Source of the DNA: Phoronis australis | Taxonomy: Eukaryota; Animalia; Phoronida | Reading direction: 5' to 3' | DNA: 64,000 nucleotides | Assembly (NCBI GenBank): GCA_002633005.1 | Contig: NMRA01000076.1 | Location: 624,277 to 688,276, forward strand | Shown: positions 48,401-59,659 of the stretch, piece by piece | How the letters are laid out: each line of letters begins with the position of its first letter | Numbering within the stretch: the stretch's first letter is position 1 | Translations under genes and position numbers: made by a program | Notes under the pieces: model-generated | Seen by the model: only the letters and a program-made list of their open reading frames with translations | What the model was told of the DNA's origin: nothing | The model's database searches: none

Positions 48401-51400
48401 TGCGAATGTGGGAACGTCGGTCATACGCCCAATCATATCCACTTTGCAGTTCATGTTACCGCACATGCGCAGATAGCATTCAACTCTGAGAAGTTTGAGA
48501 CTATGAAAATACCCAGGATAGTCCGAATGACGGAATGTCTCAAAAGTCCTCACTTCTTCCGAATAATGATGAAACGCGTCGGGAAAATATTGCTATTTGC
48601 ACTTCTTCTAAGAGCGTATTGCCTGAAGCCTCTAATCGTCTATTTTTCAACTCTGGTATTTTAGACTGGATCGATTCTTCTGGTTTCAAATTAACCCTGA
48701 CGCCAACCTTGCGACGCTTTGACGCCGGCTTGCTTACGATCGGACATCCTGCTAATAATGCTCAGGCAATACCACCTGGTCAATTGTCTTTTACGACATA
48801 CAGCTACTGTAACAGCGACTGCACCAAGGAGGTAACATCAGTATATAAAGAACGGCTTTTTCTGGTTTTCCTGAGCAAAAAATAGCTCAGAATAGTTGTC
48901 CTTCTTGTTTTCGTTAAACCAAGGGTGCATTCCACGGAGCTATTCTCTTGCGAGAAAAGGGACATCACACAAGACCACGAACTTATTGTTTTTGTGTTGC
49001 TGTCCCATGTGTGTAAAGATATTCTCAGTAGAAGCAAAAAGTATTCATACAAAAGGTTAGCTCCCAAGGGGGCTCTGCAGTTAAAAATAACAAGATGTCT
49101 AAAGGGAATAGTGCCAAGTTGCTGTTCTGCTGTTTAATCAACGTTTATATTCTGGTCTTACCCACTATGCTATATTTTGTGCTGAAGAAGTCGATGCTGG
49201 GCATTTTTATGTAGTAACAGCACCTATGTCTCGAATCAAAAAATGACTGCTATGCTGTGCGTAAGTCAGTTCTGTCAACAAAGCCATGCTGAACAAATAG
49301 GACCGACCCGGATTACACAGCGATAGAACTCACCTTCATTCAGAGGTAAGAAAGCGCGTTGGCTTTATTGAGTTAATTTTGGAATATCAGGCACATTTTC
49401 ACAGGTTATGTCGGCAAACGACGAGGTATATGACCGTGGAAATAGTACCCATTTCAAGCGTTGAAAACGTGCCGAAATTGAAAGTTATCTTCACACGGTG
49501 GTGGCGCTGCAGAAATGATTTTTGTTCATTGTTGTTAAAGACACAATGCCCCGCGAAAGCGTGCATGTACGTGTTCCAAACATGCAGAACCATTGTATTA
49601 TGTAGTTTGGACGCAACACCTCTTTTCCAAGCATAACAACAAATTCGTGCACGTAGTGATTTTTTTCGGTTCAAAATTAATCCTACAAACTTCCTTATCC
49701 ACTTGCTCACCATTTTGTTGTCTTCCATTGATGTCGGAAAGGCGTCCAACTTAAAATCACGTATTCACAAGTATTTGTCAAGTTTATCAAACGTTCTCGG
49801 ATTTGCAGCCCACAGCATAGCTGTAATACTTTGTTGGCATTGGAAGAACGAATACAGTAATGCAGCCGTGAAAAACTTGCAAAGAATACGACAACAACAA
49901 ATAACATGTTGAACTCCAGTGGCGCAAAATTCAAAAGTGTCTGACGGATATTATGTGGCATTGTAGGTAAACACAGCGAAATTCGAGTGTCGTTGTGTAT
50001 TCCGGGACGGCTCTATTGTCAGCCTGACACTTTGTTATCAGAGGATACTGACATGTCAATACCAATACTTTTAAGCCCTGGTCATAAATGAATGCTTGAA
50101 TTCGGTTACCAACAATTTTGGTGTGATATTCTAATTATTTCTTCTCCAATTTGAGTACTTTTAATAAGAAAATAAACGGAAAATTAAATTTTTTGTGTAC
50201 CATCATCCAGTGGATCCGGTCTCCGCCTTTGTGTTTTTTCACACTAGGCGCGAGCCGAAGTAGTCTCGAAAACTAAGTTCCACTGAGTATCATGAAAAGT
50301 TGCATGTATGGAGAATGCAGTAACAGCAATCGGACAAACAACACATCAATTTTGCGTTTCCAAAAGACCATATCACCCAGAAACGGTACAGGTTCGCCCT
50401 TGAAGTTATAGAACAAATGTGATTAGAACAGGTTCAAATTGACATTTCGGCACCATTGCGCATGCCTTGATTTGGAAGATTGTCGCAAACATTTGTTACG
50501 GGATAGAGTCGGAAAGTGTAGTGAATATTTTATTTGTTTAACGCTGAACCTTGAGTGTGCCGAAAAACACGAACTTGTGTGGAACGCATCGATTTTGTCT
50601 GATCTTCTTGTTGCAGGAGTCGCATGCCACTGACAGAGGCAATTCTGAATAAGTAAAAATGGAACAATATTTTCGTGCATTTCTCAACATCAAACAGTAG
50701 GAATGTCTTCATGTTTTTCAACCTGTCGGGATATCCGAACATTACTTTTAATGAGAAGCCGTTTTGCATGATCGTTTCACAGTGCTGATCCTCGTAACAC
50801 TGGGATTGTGTCACTCATGAATTTTGTACCTCTCATTTCCGAAATCAATTAATTTGCTTAACCAATGGCTTCATTCTCCAAAGCATTTCTTTTAGGGACT
50901 GGCTGGAACACCTAATGGAGTCAAAATATTAGCAGGTCTGCTACACGCCCATCTGTTGGGTAGAAAGATGCGTTTACGTCACATCCGGAATGGCGTTGAA
51001 CTGGAGCCACTTTATGAAGACAACAACTACGACTTCAACTATCAAGAAATGGTTGTCAGACGTCAACAGGCAACGTTTCTACCTGGAGATGAAATGCAAA
51101 TCGAATGTCAGCTGAGTTCGCAGAAAAAGAAAACAGTTACTTACGTAAGTTGTCTTACATTGAAAACAGTTTTATTTAAGATGAGTGTATGGCTGGTTCT
51201 CTTTCAAGTCACCGAGACAGTTGTCACTGGGCAGTCCTTTAGATTTTTTGCGTGTCTAATGAATGACTTAACAGGAATGTCCATTGACTCGTGGCTAGTA
51301 GTTTTAAAGGAACAACAAACTTACTTCTTCTGTCAAAAACAACTTTTGATTTAAGCCCAGTTACTTGTATTTTATAAAATCTCACTCAGATTAAAAATGT

Positions 51401-54400
51401 TTGCCTGGCTTCAGAAGAACTTGGTTCGGAAGTTCGGTGCTTACTTCAGACCACGCCCACGGGTTACTTTCAGTCGCCAAGGAAGTACGGAAATTTTGGG
51501 TAATTTACTGTACTACATTTTGAGTTCAAACAAAGAAAAGCAACGCCATGTCATTGCTTTAGAAGCATAAATACGCGGAAACGTTTTTCTTAACACTAGA
51601 GCATGCTTTACAGCGACTTTATAGATAAAATGAATTTACAGAATGGCTTTAAGGTCATGTTAATTTTCCTTATGTATTTAATTAAACTTGATTGCTTTCA
51701 CTTTGCCTGAATGACCTGGAGCAAGAATTGAAAAAGACTAAAGGTTCTCCAATAAATGTTGGCCTAGAAAATTTATATGCGTTTTTGTTTGCGGCTGGTC
51801 TAGAGACCATTGCAGAGACAATTTGGCTGGTTGGAAAGGCACTGCCATAAATTCAAAAGGACATTTAATATGAGTAAAACTAAACAAACTAGTATTTAGA
51901 AATGCCCGTCATCTGCAACAATTCAAAATCTGTTTTTAACTGGTAACAAAGTAGAGGTAATACCAAATTTTATTTACTTAGATATTCAATTTATTGTCAA
52001 AGGTATCTAGACATCGGCTCTAAAGAACCTCGCAGAAAAACATACACAATATTATTTGTGCTTAAGAGACATTTGAGAACCTTTTCGTTTGTGCCAGCTA
52101 CACTGTGGTAGAAACTGTTCGACACTAAAGTATTACCAATTCTCATGTACTCCTGTGAGATTTCGGGGTTTCATGTGGATAAGCATATACAGTAGAAATG
52201 GCTCATCACAAATTCTGTATATTTTTGTTAGGGTTACCTGCAAAAACATCAGTAGATATATTGCTATTGAATAATTAAATATTGGTTAACTATTATTAAG
52301 TTCCAAAAAATAGATACGCCAAACCATGTTACGCTGTGCAACATGAATTCGCTGAGCATGGGGGGGACAGCTTCGTTTTGAAGATAAAAATACTTGTCGC
52401 GCTCAGTTGGCTTGGGATTGTTTGGATTAACCAAGGAGTAGCAAGCGAGGAATTTTTTGTAAAAGAATTTCAAAATAGGTGTAAAGATGTGGAATTCCAT
52501 CATAGGAATAAAGACCTGTTGAACTAGATCAGTCTCGATGAACATCTATTGTAAAAATGATGTAGTAATTGAATATCATATATGTTGTATGCATGCTGAA
52601 ATTTAATTGTTCAGTTATCGACCTTGGCAAAATGTTCTCGATCTAGTTCGATGTCGAGGGCTGGTAATGCCTTCTTGATATTCTCACATGACCGGGAATG
52701 TGTTATGACACAACTGGTTAACATCGAGTGCATATTTTTCATATTTCATGGGCGAATCACAAAGTAGAAATCCATACGTCTTACATTTCACCGTCTGCAA
52801 AACAATAAAACAAACAAACGCGCACCAACCAAACAATGCCGGAATTCCGAGAAGGTGACAAGGTTATGATTTGCAAATCGGGTGTCGCACCTACACGTAT
52901 CCCCAATAGGAAGGACATGCAAACAACTTCTTAAACAGACACAACTTCGGCGGCGGATTCCATATCCACGTTCCTTCAAACGGAGACGAACCCCAACTCA
53001 AGATAACGCAGACTGTCTATCACTGTCTAGCTGTGCTGTTTCAAGGTCAATTCAGTGCTTGCTGCATGTTATTGATATTGTTAAGTTTAAATATTACATT
53101 TTCAAAGACTGTTTATTAGATTCTAACTAGAATATTTGCTACGAAAGCTGAATGCAATTTACAATTGTTAAGCTTTAGCCTCGGGATTTTGACGAAATTC
53201 CAAGAGGTTTTGTCCATGTCATAAACCTGAGACGAGTGTAGGATTCACTATTTATGTATCTCTTGTTTAAAACTTTGTTCAGTTATCCAACCTGGCTTAA
53301 TTCTGCTTATTGTCAAAAGCAGGTAGATAAACGTGCACGAAGGATATGCATTTGTTAAGTTTTAAATGTTGTTGAAAACGAAATTCCTTTACAGAAATGT
53401 ATCTTTCACGTAACGATCTTCGCCAAAGTATTTACCTGTTATCAGAAATATAGTCGATGGTAGGTTTGTGTATTTAATGAAAGGAAATAGTATGTAAACG
53501 ATAAGAGACCCGAGTAAATCTGTATTAAAATCTGAAGAAGAACGCGAACCTTTTGTCAAAATGTGTGCGTATGTATACATAATTGCTTTGCTAGGTTGTG
53601 TGATAAGAGCCAGTTGCTTTATTACCTGAAAAATATTGATTGATTGATTGACTGGTTGATTGATTGACTGGTTGATTGATTGACTGATTTACCTTCACAT
53701 GATTTTAACCATAGTATATCTTTTCAAAAAGCAGGTAACATTTTAAAAACGTTGCATGTAGTATTCTCATGGATTAGCCTGACGAGTTATGTTGACAATG
53801 CGTAAAATGTATATTACAAGTTTAATTAAAGCCGCTGTAATTGTGTTCAAATGTCAAAAACAACATTTTTCACATATGCATTTGCTCTTTCAAAACAACG
53901 ACATCATGTGTTCTGGTGCTTCTTTTGAACTGAAATTATTTCATTGCAACAAAACGCCTGGAAATATAGTTACCCTGAAGGGCTTGTTGCGTTGACGGCT
54001 GGCTAAACCTTGCCTGAAGTTAGCTCCTATCAAACCTAGACATTATTTGCCATTTGAAAAACAAATCAGATGAGACCTGTGCTACAACGGTAAGTATCCT
54101 AAAAAATAAAGCGTGATGCTACCCGAATATTGAGACTAGCGTTAACACTGAATCAGTACTTCTTTCAAACGAGGACACAAAAGCTTACCGATATTGTTCA
54201 TGCCTTTATTTATACGTTTTTATAACTAGGGAGGCTTGGCAACAAACGACGAGATGTGCTTAGCGTTTCTGCTCTATTATCCAAGAACTCAACTGACCTA
54301 TTGCGGGAGCATGCCACCACCGTTCGTCCCATTCTTAGTGGAAAAGGGAATGAATTTCACTCGTGACAAGTAAGTCGTTGCCACACTACTAACCAACCAT

Positions 54401-57400
54401 TGTTGGAAAATGTCGTGCATATTTAGGATCATGACAAACCATATTTTGACCTGTTCCTAGTTTTCAAGATAAAATGGCCAAAAGTCCGTAATATATGTTT
54501 AAAACACTTGGGTCTTCAAAACCCCTCACAATGGTCATATGAGTGATTCTCACCAGTTGCCTTAAAAGTTGTGGACTTGCCTTCCCTCTACGAAACCACA
54601 TTCTGATTAGGGTTGTGTAGGGCCTCATCGACAAGTCAAATATCAACAAAACTACAGAATTTACCTCAGAAAATGTATATATATTTTCTGAAAGTAGCAA
54701 TTCCGTAAATTTTATTTTTTTACTTTATACCACTAATAAGCTCAAATTGATCTTGCTGTACGGGAAGTTTTGCAAAAAGAAAAATTTATTCGTAGCAAGA
54801 CAATGGGATCAAAAGAAGCTCAAAAAAACTGACACATTTTTCTAAAATCGCTTTTTCAAGAAAATCGTGTAGTTCTTATTTTTGGTTGCCCCTCATGCAA
54901 AAGTGATCATTTGTAGAGCAGTGTACAAAGAGAAGTATCTAAAAGCTTCACGTGAATTCGATCAGCCATTTCCGAGACATGATGTTCCGAAGTTGGTCAA
55001 AACTGTTGTTTTCTAGGGTCCTGCACACGCTTAAGAAGTATTACCGCTGCATAAACTGGTGTTACTTGTTCCTTACTCAAATGAGAAGAGGTGCTCGGGC
55101 TTAGTAAGAACGAACAATTTATTCGTTGTTGCTCGAGACCACGTGCGGTGCATAAGGCGACCATCCGTGACAAGCTAACTGACTGGGCCTGAGCAAGCTA
55201 TAGCTAGCTGTTCGTTATTTCCAAGCACTCGATGTCATCTCTCATCTGATGTATGGATAGATGTGAGACCGGTTTGTTCTTTACAAGCAGAAATTTAGTT
55301 TATTTGACTGATGGTTGGTTCACAGCAGGTGTTATTGTTGCCAAAGGTCAACCATCGTGACTTTCGTATGACGAAATGAGTAAGCTGTCCAAGTAAATAT
55401 TTCATTATTTGTGAAAACACTGAAAACAAAAACGAGCGTGTAAACTGACTTGGTCATGCGGGGCAGCATGAACTGCGCATGGGATTGACGGACCAGTTGG
55501 GTGATCCCAAAAATGACTGGACATAATTGGGAAATAGAAACCCTCAAATGGCGCGAACTAACCTCAAAATAGGAGAGACGGAACATTTTTCATCTTTTTT
55601 GAAAAAGACGGTCAAATTGTTTTCCTTCCTGTAATATAAAGGCCCACCCTTTCATACCGTTAAGTCCACCTTCTCCATTTTTGGTCCGTCCTTCCCATTG
55701 CACTGTATGACCAAGATCGGTAAAAGAATGTTTCGGATTCTGCAAAATGACCGAAATGCTTTCCTTGAGCAATGACTTCGCCCAGTACTGGAATGCTTGT
55801 GCTTGTGCAATGGGGTAATTGTCTGATATAACGTGTCCGAATTTTAAGAACCAGTTTTCTCCACTGAATAATGGGCATCAAACTGGTTCTCAAAATATCA
55901 GTGCAGTGCTTCACTTCTTTTAATGATAAATATCCTTTGTTTTTTTACGCGCAGAAATGGAGGCGTGAAAATCGTTAGCGGCAAATATGCGGGAAAGTAC
56001 GCGGCGGCAGTGTTCGAGAACATCACATGGAACAAGGATAATGCACTTCTAATGGAATCGGCCACGAAAAACAGCCCTTACACTTCCTTATGCTTTGCCG
56101 CAACCAAGCTTCTCAACGTGAGTCACTCAAACTTCACTTCAGATTTCACGTGTTGTTGAGCATAAATACATAAGGAATAATTTTGTAAACGTCGCAGACG
56201 CATCTTTCTGCAGGTTGCTCTATAACTGTATAATAAAATAGATGTCTATTGAAACTCATCGTTTTCGAACAAGTTACTAAACTAACATCTGGACAATTGG
56301 CCTATTGTATATTACAATACAACGTGTGCAGCAACCTACTAAAGACTTTGATTGCGACTTTTACAACATAAAGTAGAGTTTAGGAACCAACAGTACTATG
56401 CTGGTACAAAAAATGCTATAATCCAATATAGAGGGACTCCGTGTCTCCCTGAACTCGTCTTGTCCTGAGCTGTCATCTCTGTTACGGTTCGCGAGAGCTC
56501 AGCTTGTAGCTCTCCGTCCCGGGGGTGATAGTAACATGTCGACTTTGCCCCCTTGTACAGGGCCGTAGGAAACGGGGGGGGGGTGAGCGTGGGGGCCCGT
56601 GCCCCCAAAATATTGCAGGCGTCAGGGTTAAACCATGGTAACCGGCATAAGCTTGGAGCCGGGAACAGTCGAGAAAAGAAAGACTACGAAGACGGATAAG
56701 AGAGAAAATTCAAGAGAACATTTGACAACTCAGTATCAGTGCATGGTTTACCCTTTGAGGTCCATGGCCAGGACATTGTTGTTAGGGTATCCAAAACTTA
56801 ATCATTCGCTTTCCATTCCTGTGCGTACTACACACACGGAGCACGTCATGACTGACGCACCCACGTTAAAAATAAGGTGTAACTCTGCAGTGATCCACGG
56901 GAGCTGAATTTGAACTCCAGGCGTTGAAGTGTGTACATTTTTGGGACACAAGAAAGTGGATTACCGCCTGTGTTTCATCAAGGGATTTTGAAACGGCCAC
57001 AAAGGCACTGATACCAGGGAACACGGGACCTCACCTTTCCAAAAAAATCCTTCAAGGAATGGCCATGACAAAATGAACTTTTCCCGAAACTTGATCATAA
57101 TAAAACGAATCTTGACCAGAGGAATAGGCACGAGCTAAGCTGCCCTTCTCAAGTGAATCATAGCTGAGCTGACCAGCGGCTAGCTCTAGTTCATCGAATC
57201 CACTGTTGGATCCCAGCTACCCGTCAGTGCACTGGCCCTAGACCCATTTTTACTCTCCGTGAAACTTTATTGGTTCACGGTTACTCAAATTCTGATGGCT
57301 GCATCTCAGGTATTACACCCCCCCAACCCATCTATGGCGGACTCGGGGGTCATTACAAATATGGTGACATCCAGAGAACGATAGGGGTGGGTGGCTATAG

Positions 57401-58866
57401 GAAGGAGGTGGGTTGGCGAAGTCGAATTGGTTTGTCCCCCCAATAATTTTTACCTTCCTACGGGCCTGTTGCGCAGTTGTGCCGTGTTATAGTTCATACC
57501 CAGTTTTGGCATCTGGTCCTCCTGGATGTAGTGAACAGAACTGCGGTTCGCGATGAAGGCAATGAGGTTACAAGACTTCCAATGAGGTTACAAGACTTTC
57601 AATGCCATGAATGAGAAATAATGCAGTTGGTGAGAAAATATCTGCATGAGTTGATAAGAAAAGAGCGCTGTTCATAAGAACGTTTGTGATACCGTGAGGA
57701 GAGAAAATTGTCCATCTTGGAACTAGTAGAACCAATATTAATAATCATCGTTCATATTTTGACCATTTTCAACTCATTGCCGTTTCATGCAAATCCTTTT
57801 AAATCCCATCATGTATATTATGCATGTTTATGCGACTACATGTATATGTATGTGGGTGTATATCGCGCCTCCATCTGATACTCGAAGTCCGGTGTCCAAT
57901 GCTATATATCCTAAAGTCCTTTTACAACGTTAATGAGATTTGTCAATGTTTCTATGAAGCTGACGACAGATAGCGAAGAGTTTTGTGTTCCCTGGTGGCA
58001 ACTTCAGATTTTTTACGTTTTACTCAGTGTCTTCGGAGTTCAAGGAGACAAAGAAGGCTTCCAATTTTTGACGGATTCAACGCACTCTGTGTCACCTAGT
58101 GGACATTTTCATTGTTTTCGAATCAGTTCTTGGCGTACACCTCTCTATCCGTCAAACTGCTCGAAGGATCATTCTGACAATTGGCAATTGTATTCCTGTT
58201 GAGAAGATTGTGAGATACGTCGATTTGCAGGCTACTGTGGAGCAACCTAGTGGCAATGTTTCCGTTTTCGAACAGGTTTAGCATGTTCTGTGTCATTTAG
58301 CGGTCACGTTTATGATAGTAGTAAATATCTCTAAAAGCATACTGTTTGCGGTTTAGTCGTGGGCACATTTCAACACTTTGCGTTGCTCTTGTTTGTTTTA
58401 GATATAATATTATTATAACTTTTTATGGAGAACCATGGAAATATGTTGAACTGTACCCTCATAGCATGTATGCTCTAATTTAGTGTATAGATTCGAGTAT
58501 AGTATTTATTAATTTTATATCTTTGCGTGTGTACGCTCCTCGGGTCTACATGACCCTAACGAAAGTCACGAGATCAAATAAGATTAAAACTTTCCGTTAC
58601 TATATGCATCGTGCCTGTGTAAAAAAACTTGAACCATCTTTTGTCTGTACCACTAACAATTGTTGCATTTCTCACAGGCCACGATGAAACCGTTTGGCAC
58701 ATACCGGGGCCCTTTACACATCAGTGATCCTTATCAATACCCTGGCAGGCAGTGTGATCAACTTACTACTACTACACTAGATGGCAGCAACGTCGGTGTG
58801 TCAGCCTTCGAGATCAACATTCTTACATCGGTGGTTTTGGCATGTTTGGTCGTTGTTTTAGCATAA
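33178..58866 (+). CDS. MOXD1/DBH-like copper type II ascorbate-dependent monooxygenase paralog B, 11 exons, 624 aa
   Basis: join(33178-33459,38237-38383,43202-43369,43605-43688,44048-44230,47635-47737,48665-48831,50896-51144,54230-54369,55955-56117,58678-58866) = 1875 nt, GT-AG, phases consistent. Signal peptide and DOMON domain. CuH ligands VHH + EIHY; CuM ligands HAH + DEMC. Also YDFNYQE and a hydrophobic C-terminal tail. Confidence 0.95.
34783..34861 (+). repeat. 2 x 40-bp tandem duplication
   Basis: gaccaggctctgaagtt(g/a)gccggtcacggtgtaccagtt occurs twice. Confidence 0.9.
35371..36629. repeat. 181-bp direct repeats (35371-35551 and 36449-36629) flanking a THAP-bearing Kolobok-like fragment
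   Basis: Both copies start ttaattgttcggaggtg and end agacaagta, with few substitutions. Confidence 0.9.
35552..36448 (-). mobile_element. Kolobok-like transposon end with THAP-domain relic
   Basis: Minus-strand terminus TTAA-AGGGGAAGGCAACC. ORF 36187-35990 reads MPHCCCVPGCTN..LNRFPTDDTLRRTWLVRVKN, with SRVC in an adjacent frame (THAP C-x-C...FP..W...RVC). Confidence 0.7.
37887..38166 (+). mobile_element. 280-bp MITE-like element, copy 2
   Basis: TIRs GCATAACGCTTAATCGTCGTGAG / CTCACGGCAATTTTGCGTTATGC; shares internal blocks with copy 1 (gtgactggg.aaagc.ttttcaaaa, gtcaagtcctcacg). Confidence 0.75.
38237..38383 (+). CDS. MOXD1-like B exon 2
   Basis: DRHATANSEPTVDSSQDYILLHSSQHQDKTTLRFQRKMDTCDDNDMTIN (DOMON); TTTTAG acceptor, GTGAGT donor. 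Confidence 0.92.
39340..39500 (+). pseudogene. second THAP-domain relic (DNA transposon-derived)
   Basis: FPGCKSLTSGQKFPKDLRLLQTWRIAVKSVNQLTKSVWMLKSHARC resembles THAP (PGC...FPKD...W..AVK....W....RxC). Confidence 0.6.
40945..41107. mobile_element. small DNA-transposon MITE with CAGGGGCGGATCCAG-type TIRs
   Basis: CAATGGCGGATTTAG ... CTGGATCCGCCCCTG, flanked by GTAAT on both sides. Confidence 0.65.
41214..42466 (+). repeat. 626-bp tandem duplication split by a single N (probable assembly overlap)
   Basis: 41214-41839 and 41841-42466 differ by about 6 substitutions; the junction is exactly the N at 41840. Confidence 0.9.
43202..43369 (+). CDS. MOXD1-like B exon 3
   Basis: GNTFRIIWAYGVSDTVSYHSSSPFRRGVKSVLLL...FVVNN. 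Confidence 0.92.
43605..43688 (+). CDS. MOXD1-like B exon 4
   Basis: VSVPAKDTSYWCKGFHVPRLTKKHHVIK. Confidence 0.92.
44048..44230 (+). CDS. MOXD1-like B exon 5
   Basis: YQPHITLGNEALVHHILIYAC...CLTTLFGWAVGGE (CuH His-His). Confidence 0.93.
45639..45995 (+). repeat. diverged ~218-bp-period direct repeat
   Basis: aaatccaacaccaggtggtactgtg..cttccaaatgttgaattcacacta versus aaatccatcactaggtggcactgtg..cttccaaatgttgaaatcacacta. Confidence 0.7.
46691..46846 (+). mobile_element. ~155-bp MITE family, copy C
   Basis: Shares aaattctagccaaagtcacgtgttc and taatctcgcgaagt with copy B. Confidence 0.8.
47635..47737 (+). CDS. MOXD1-like B exon 6
   Basis: AFYFPNNVGLPFGDDQQPKFLLLEIHYDNPTNRA (third CuH His). 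Confidence 0.93.
48665..48831 (+). CDS. MOXD1-like B exon 7
   Basis: WIDSSGFKLTLTPTLRRFDAGLLTIGHPANNAQAIPPGQLSFTTYSYCNSDCTKE. Confidence 0.93.
50896..51144 (+). CDS. MOXD1-like B exon 8
   Basis: GLAGTPNGVKILAGLLHAHLLGRKMRLRHIRNG...YDFNYQE...PGDEMQIEC (CuM HxH). Confidence 0.93.
51700..52530 (+). pseudogene. CR1/L2-group LINE ORF2 C-terminal relic
   Basis: Fragments KKTK, YSCEISGF, VEMAHHKFCIFLLG and GIVWINQGVASEEFFVKEFQNRCKD resemble the YGCEVWG / E..H.KFCK..LG / VW..Q.V....F..RL.D pattern. Confidence 0.55.
53636..53690 (+). repeat. (GATT)n-type microsatellite
   Basis: ttgattgattgattgactggttgattgattgactggttgattgattgactgatt. Confidence 0.85.
54230..54369 (+). CDS. MOXD1-like B exon 9
   Basis: GGLATNDEMCLAFLLYYPRTQLTYCGSMP... 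(CuM Met). Confidence 0.93.
55955..56117 (+). CDS. MOXD1-like B exon 10
   Basis: NGGVKIVSGKYAG...FENITWNKDNALLMESATKNSPYTSLCFAATKLLN; phase matches exon 9. Confidence 0.82.
56558..57468. mobile_element. non-autonomous DNA transposon (911 bp) with CAGG-type TIRs
   Basis: CAGGGCCGTAGGAA ... TTCCTACGGGCCTG with G/C-run subterminal regions; TSD not cleanly preserved. Confidence 0.65.
58678..58866 (+). CDS. MOXD1-like B exon 11 (last coding exon)
   Basis: ATMKPFGTYRGPLHISDPYQYPGRQCDQLTTTTLDGSNVGVSAFEINILTSVVLACLVVVLA*. Confidence 0.82.
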   Translation, partial: ATMKPFGTYRGPLHISDPYQYPGRQCDQLTTTTLDGSNVGVSAFEINILTSVVLACLVVVLA

Positions 58867-59659
58867 TCAGCGACATCTCTAATACCATTTTCTGTCAGTG
58901 ACTGCGCAAAAACTTTAACTGGATGCACTGTTTAATTCTAAAGCCATAAACAGAGAAAATGTATTAAAAATAATCTTAGGAACAAAAATAGCATTAACCA
59001 AGATTGTCAGGAAGAAGCTAGCCAGGAACCTCTGGGTTACAAAGTGGGGCATATCGTATCACGGCGGAAAGACCTTGGCAGTCATGTAACGTTTGTCTCC
59101 TTGTTGATGGAACGACCTACCTATCCACGAGACCAGCTCCTAGCAGGGACTAGGGGATGTTCCGTTATTAAACGAAAGATGACCGTTCCAAAAAGCGCAC
59201 ATCGGTCATCTCAACAACAAACGTTTAATACAACGTTGATGGAGCTCGATACGACAACACCTCTATAAAGTGACTTTCCACCTATATAGTGCTGGACAGG
59301 TGTTAATTTTTAGTACAGTACAAACACTAACGCAAAATTAGTCCTACAGTCTGTGTTTTCATATTTCTATCAACATAAAATCCATATCACACAAATCACA
59401 ACGCTACTTAAAACAAATTCCACGGCGTTTTCTTCAGTGGTTTGTTTGTTACCGAAACCTAAAATTGGAAATATGCTAAAATTTGAACTGTGAACTAAAA
59501 GCAAAGTTTATCTGCTAATATCTCAAACACTGTTAACTCCAGCCATCTGCTATTTTAAATTGCGATTACACTGAAAACTACACCGATGATAAGAACATAG
59601 TTGTAGGGCAACATGAAATCTAGTCAAGTACATCGAACAGATTAGAAACATTACCGAAC

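Noticed and set aside
48546-48585. GAAACGCGTC with ttcc/gggaa flanks resembling a minimal hammerhead
   Set aside because: No CTGAnGA core or stem II is present; at best an unrecognisable remnant.
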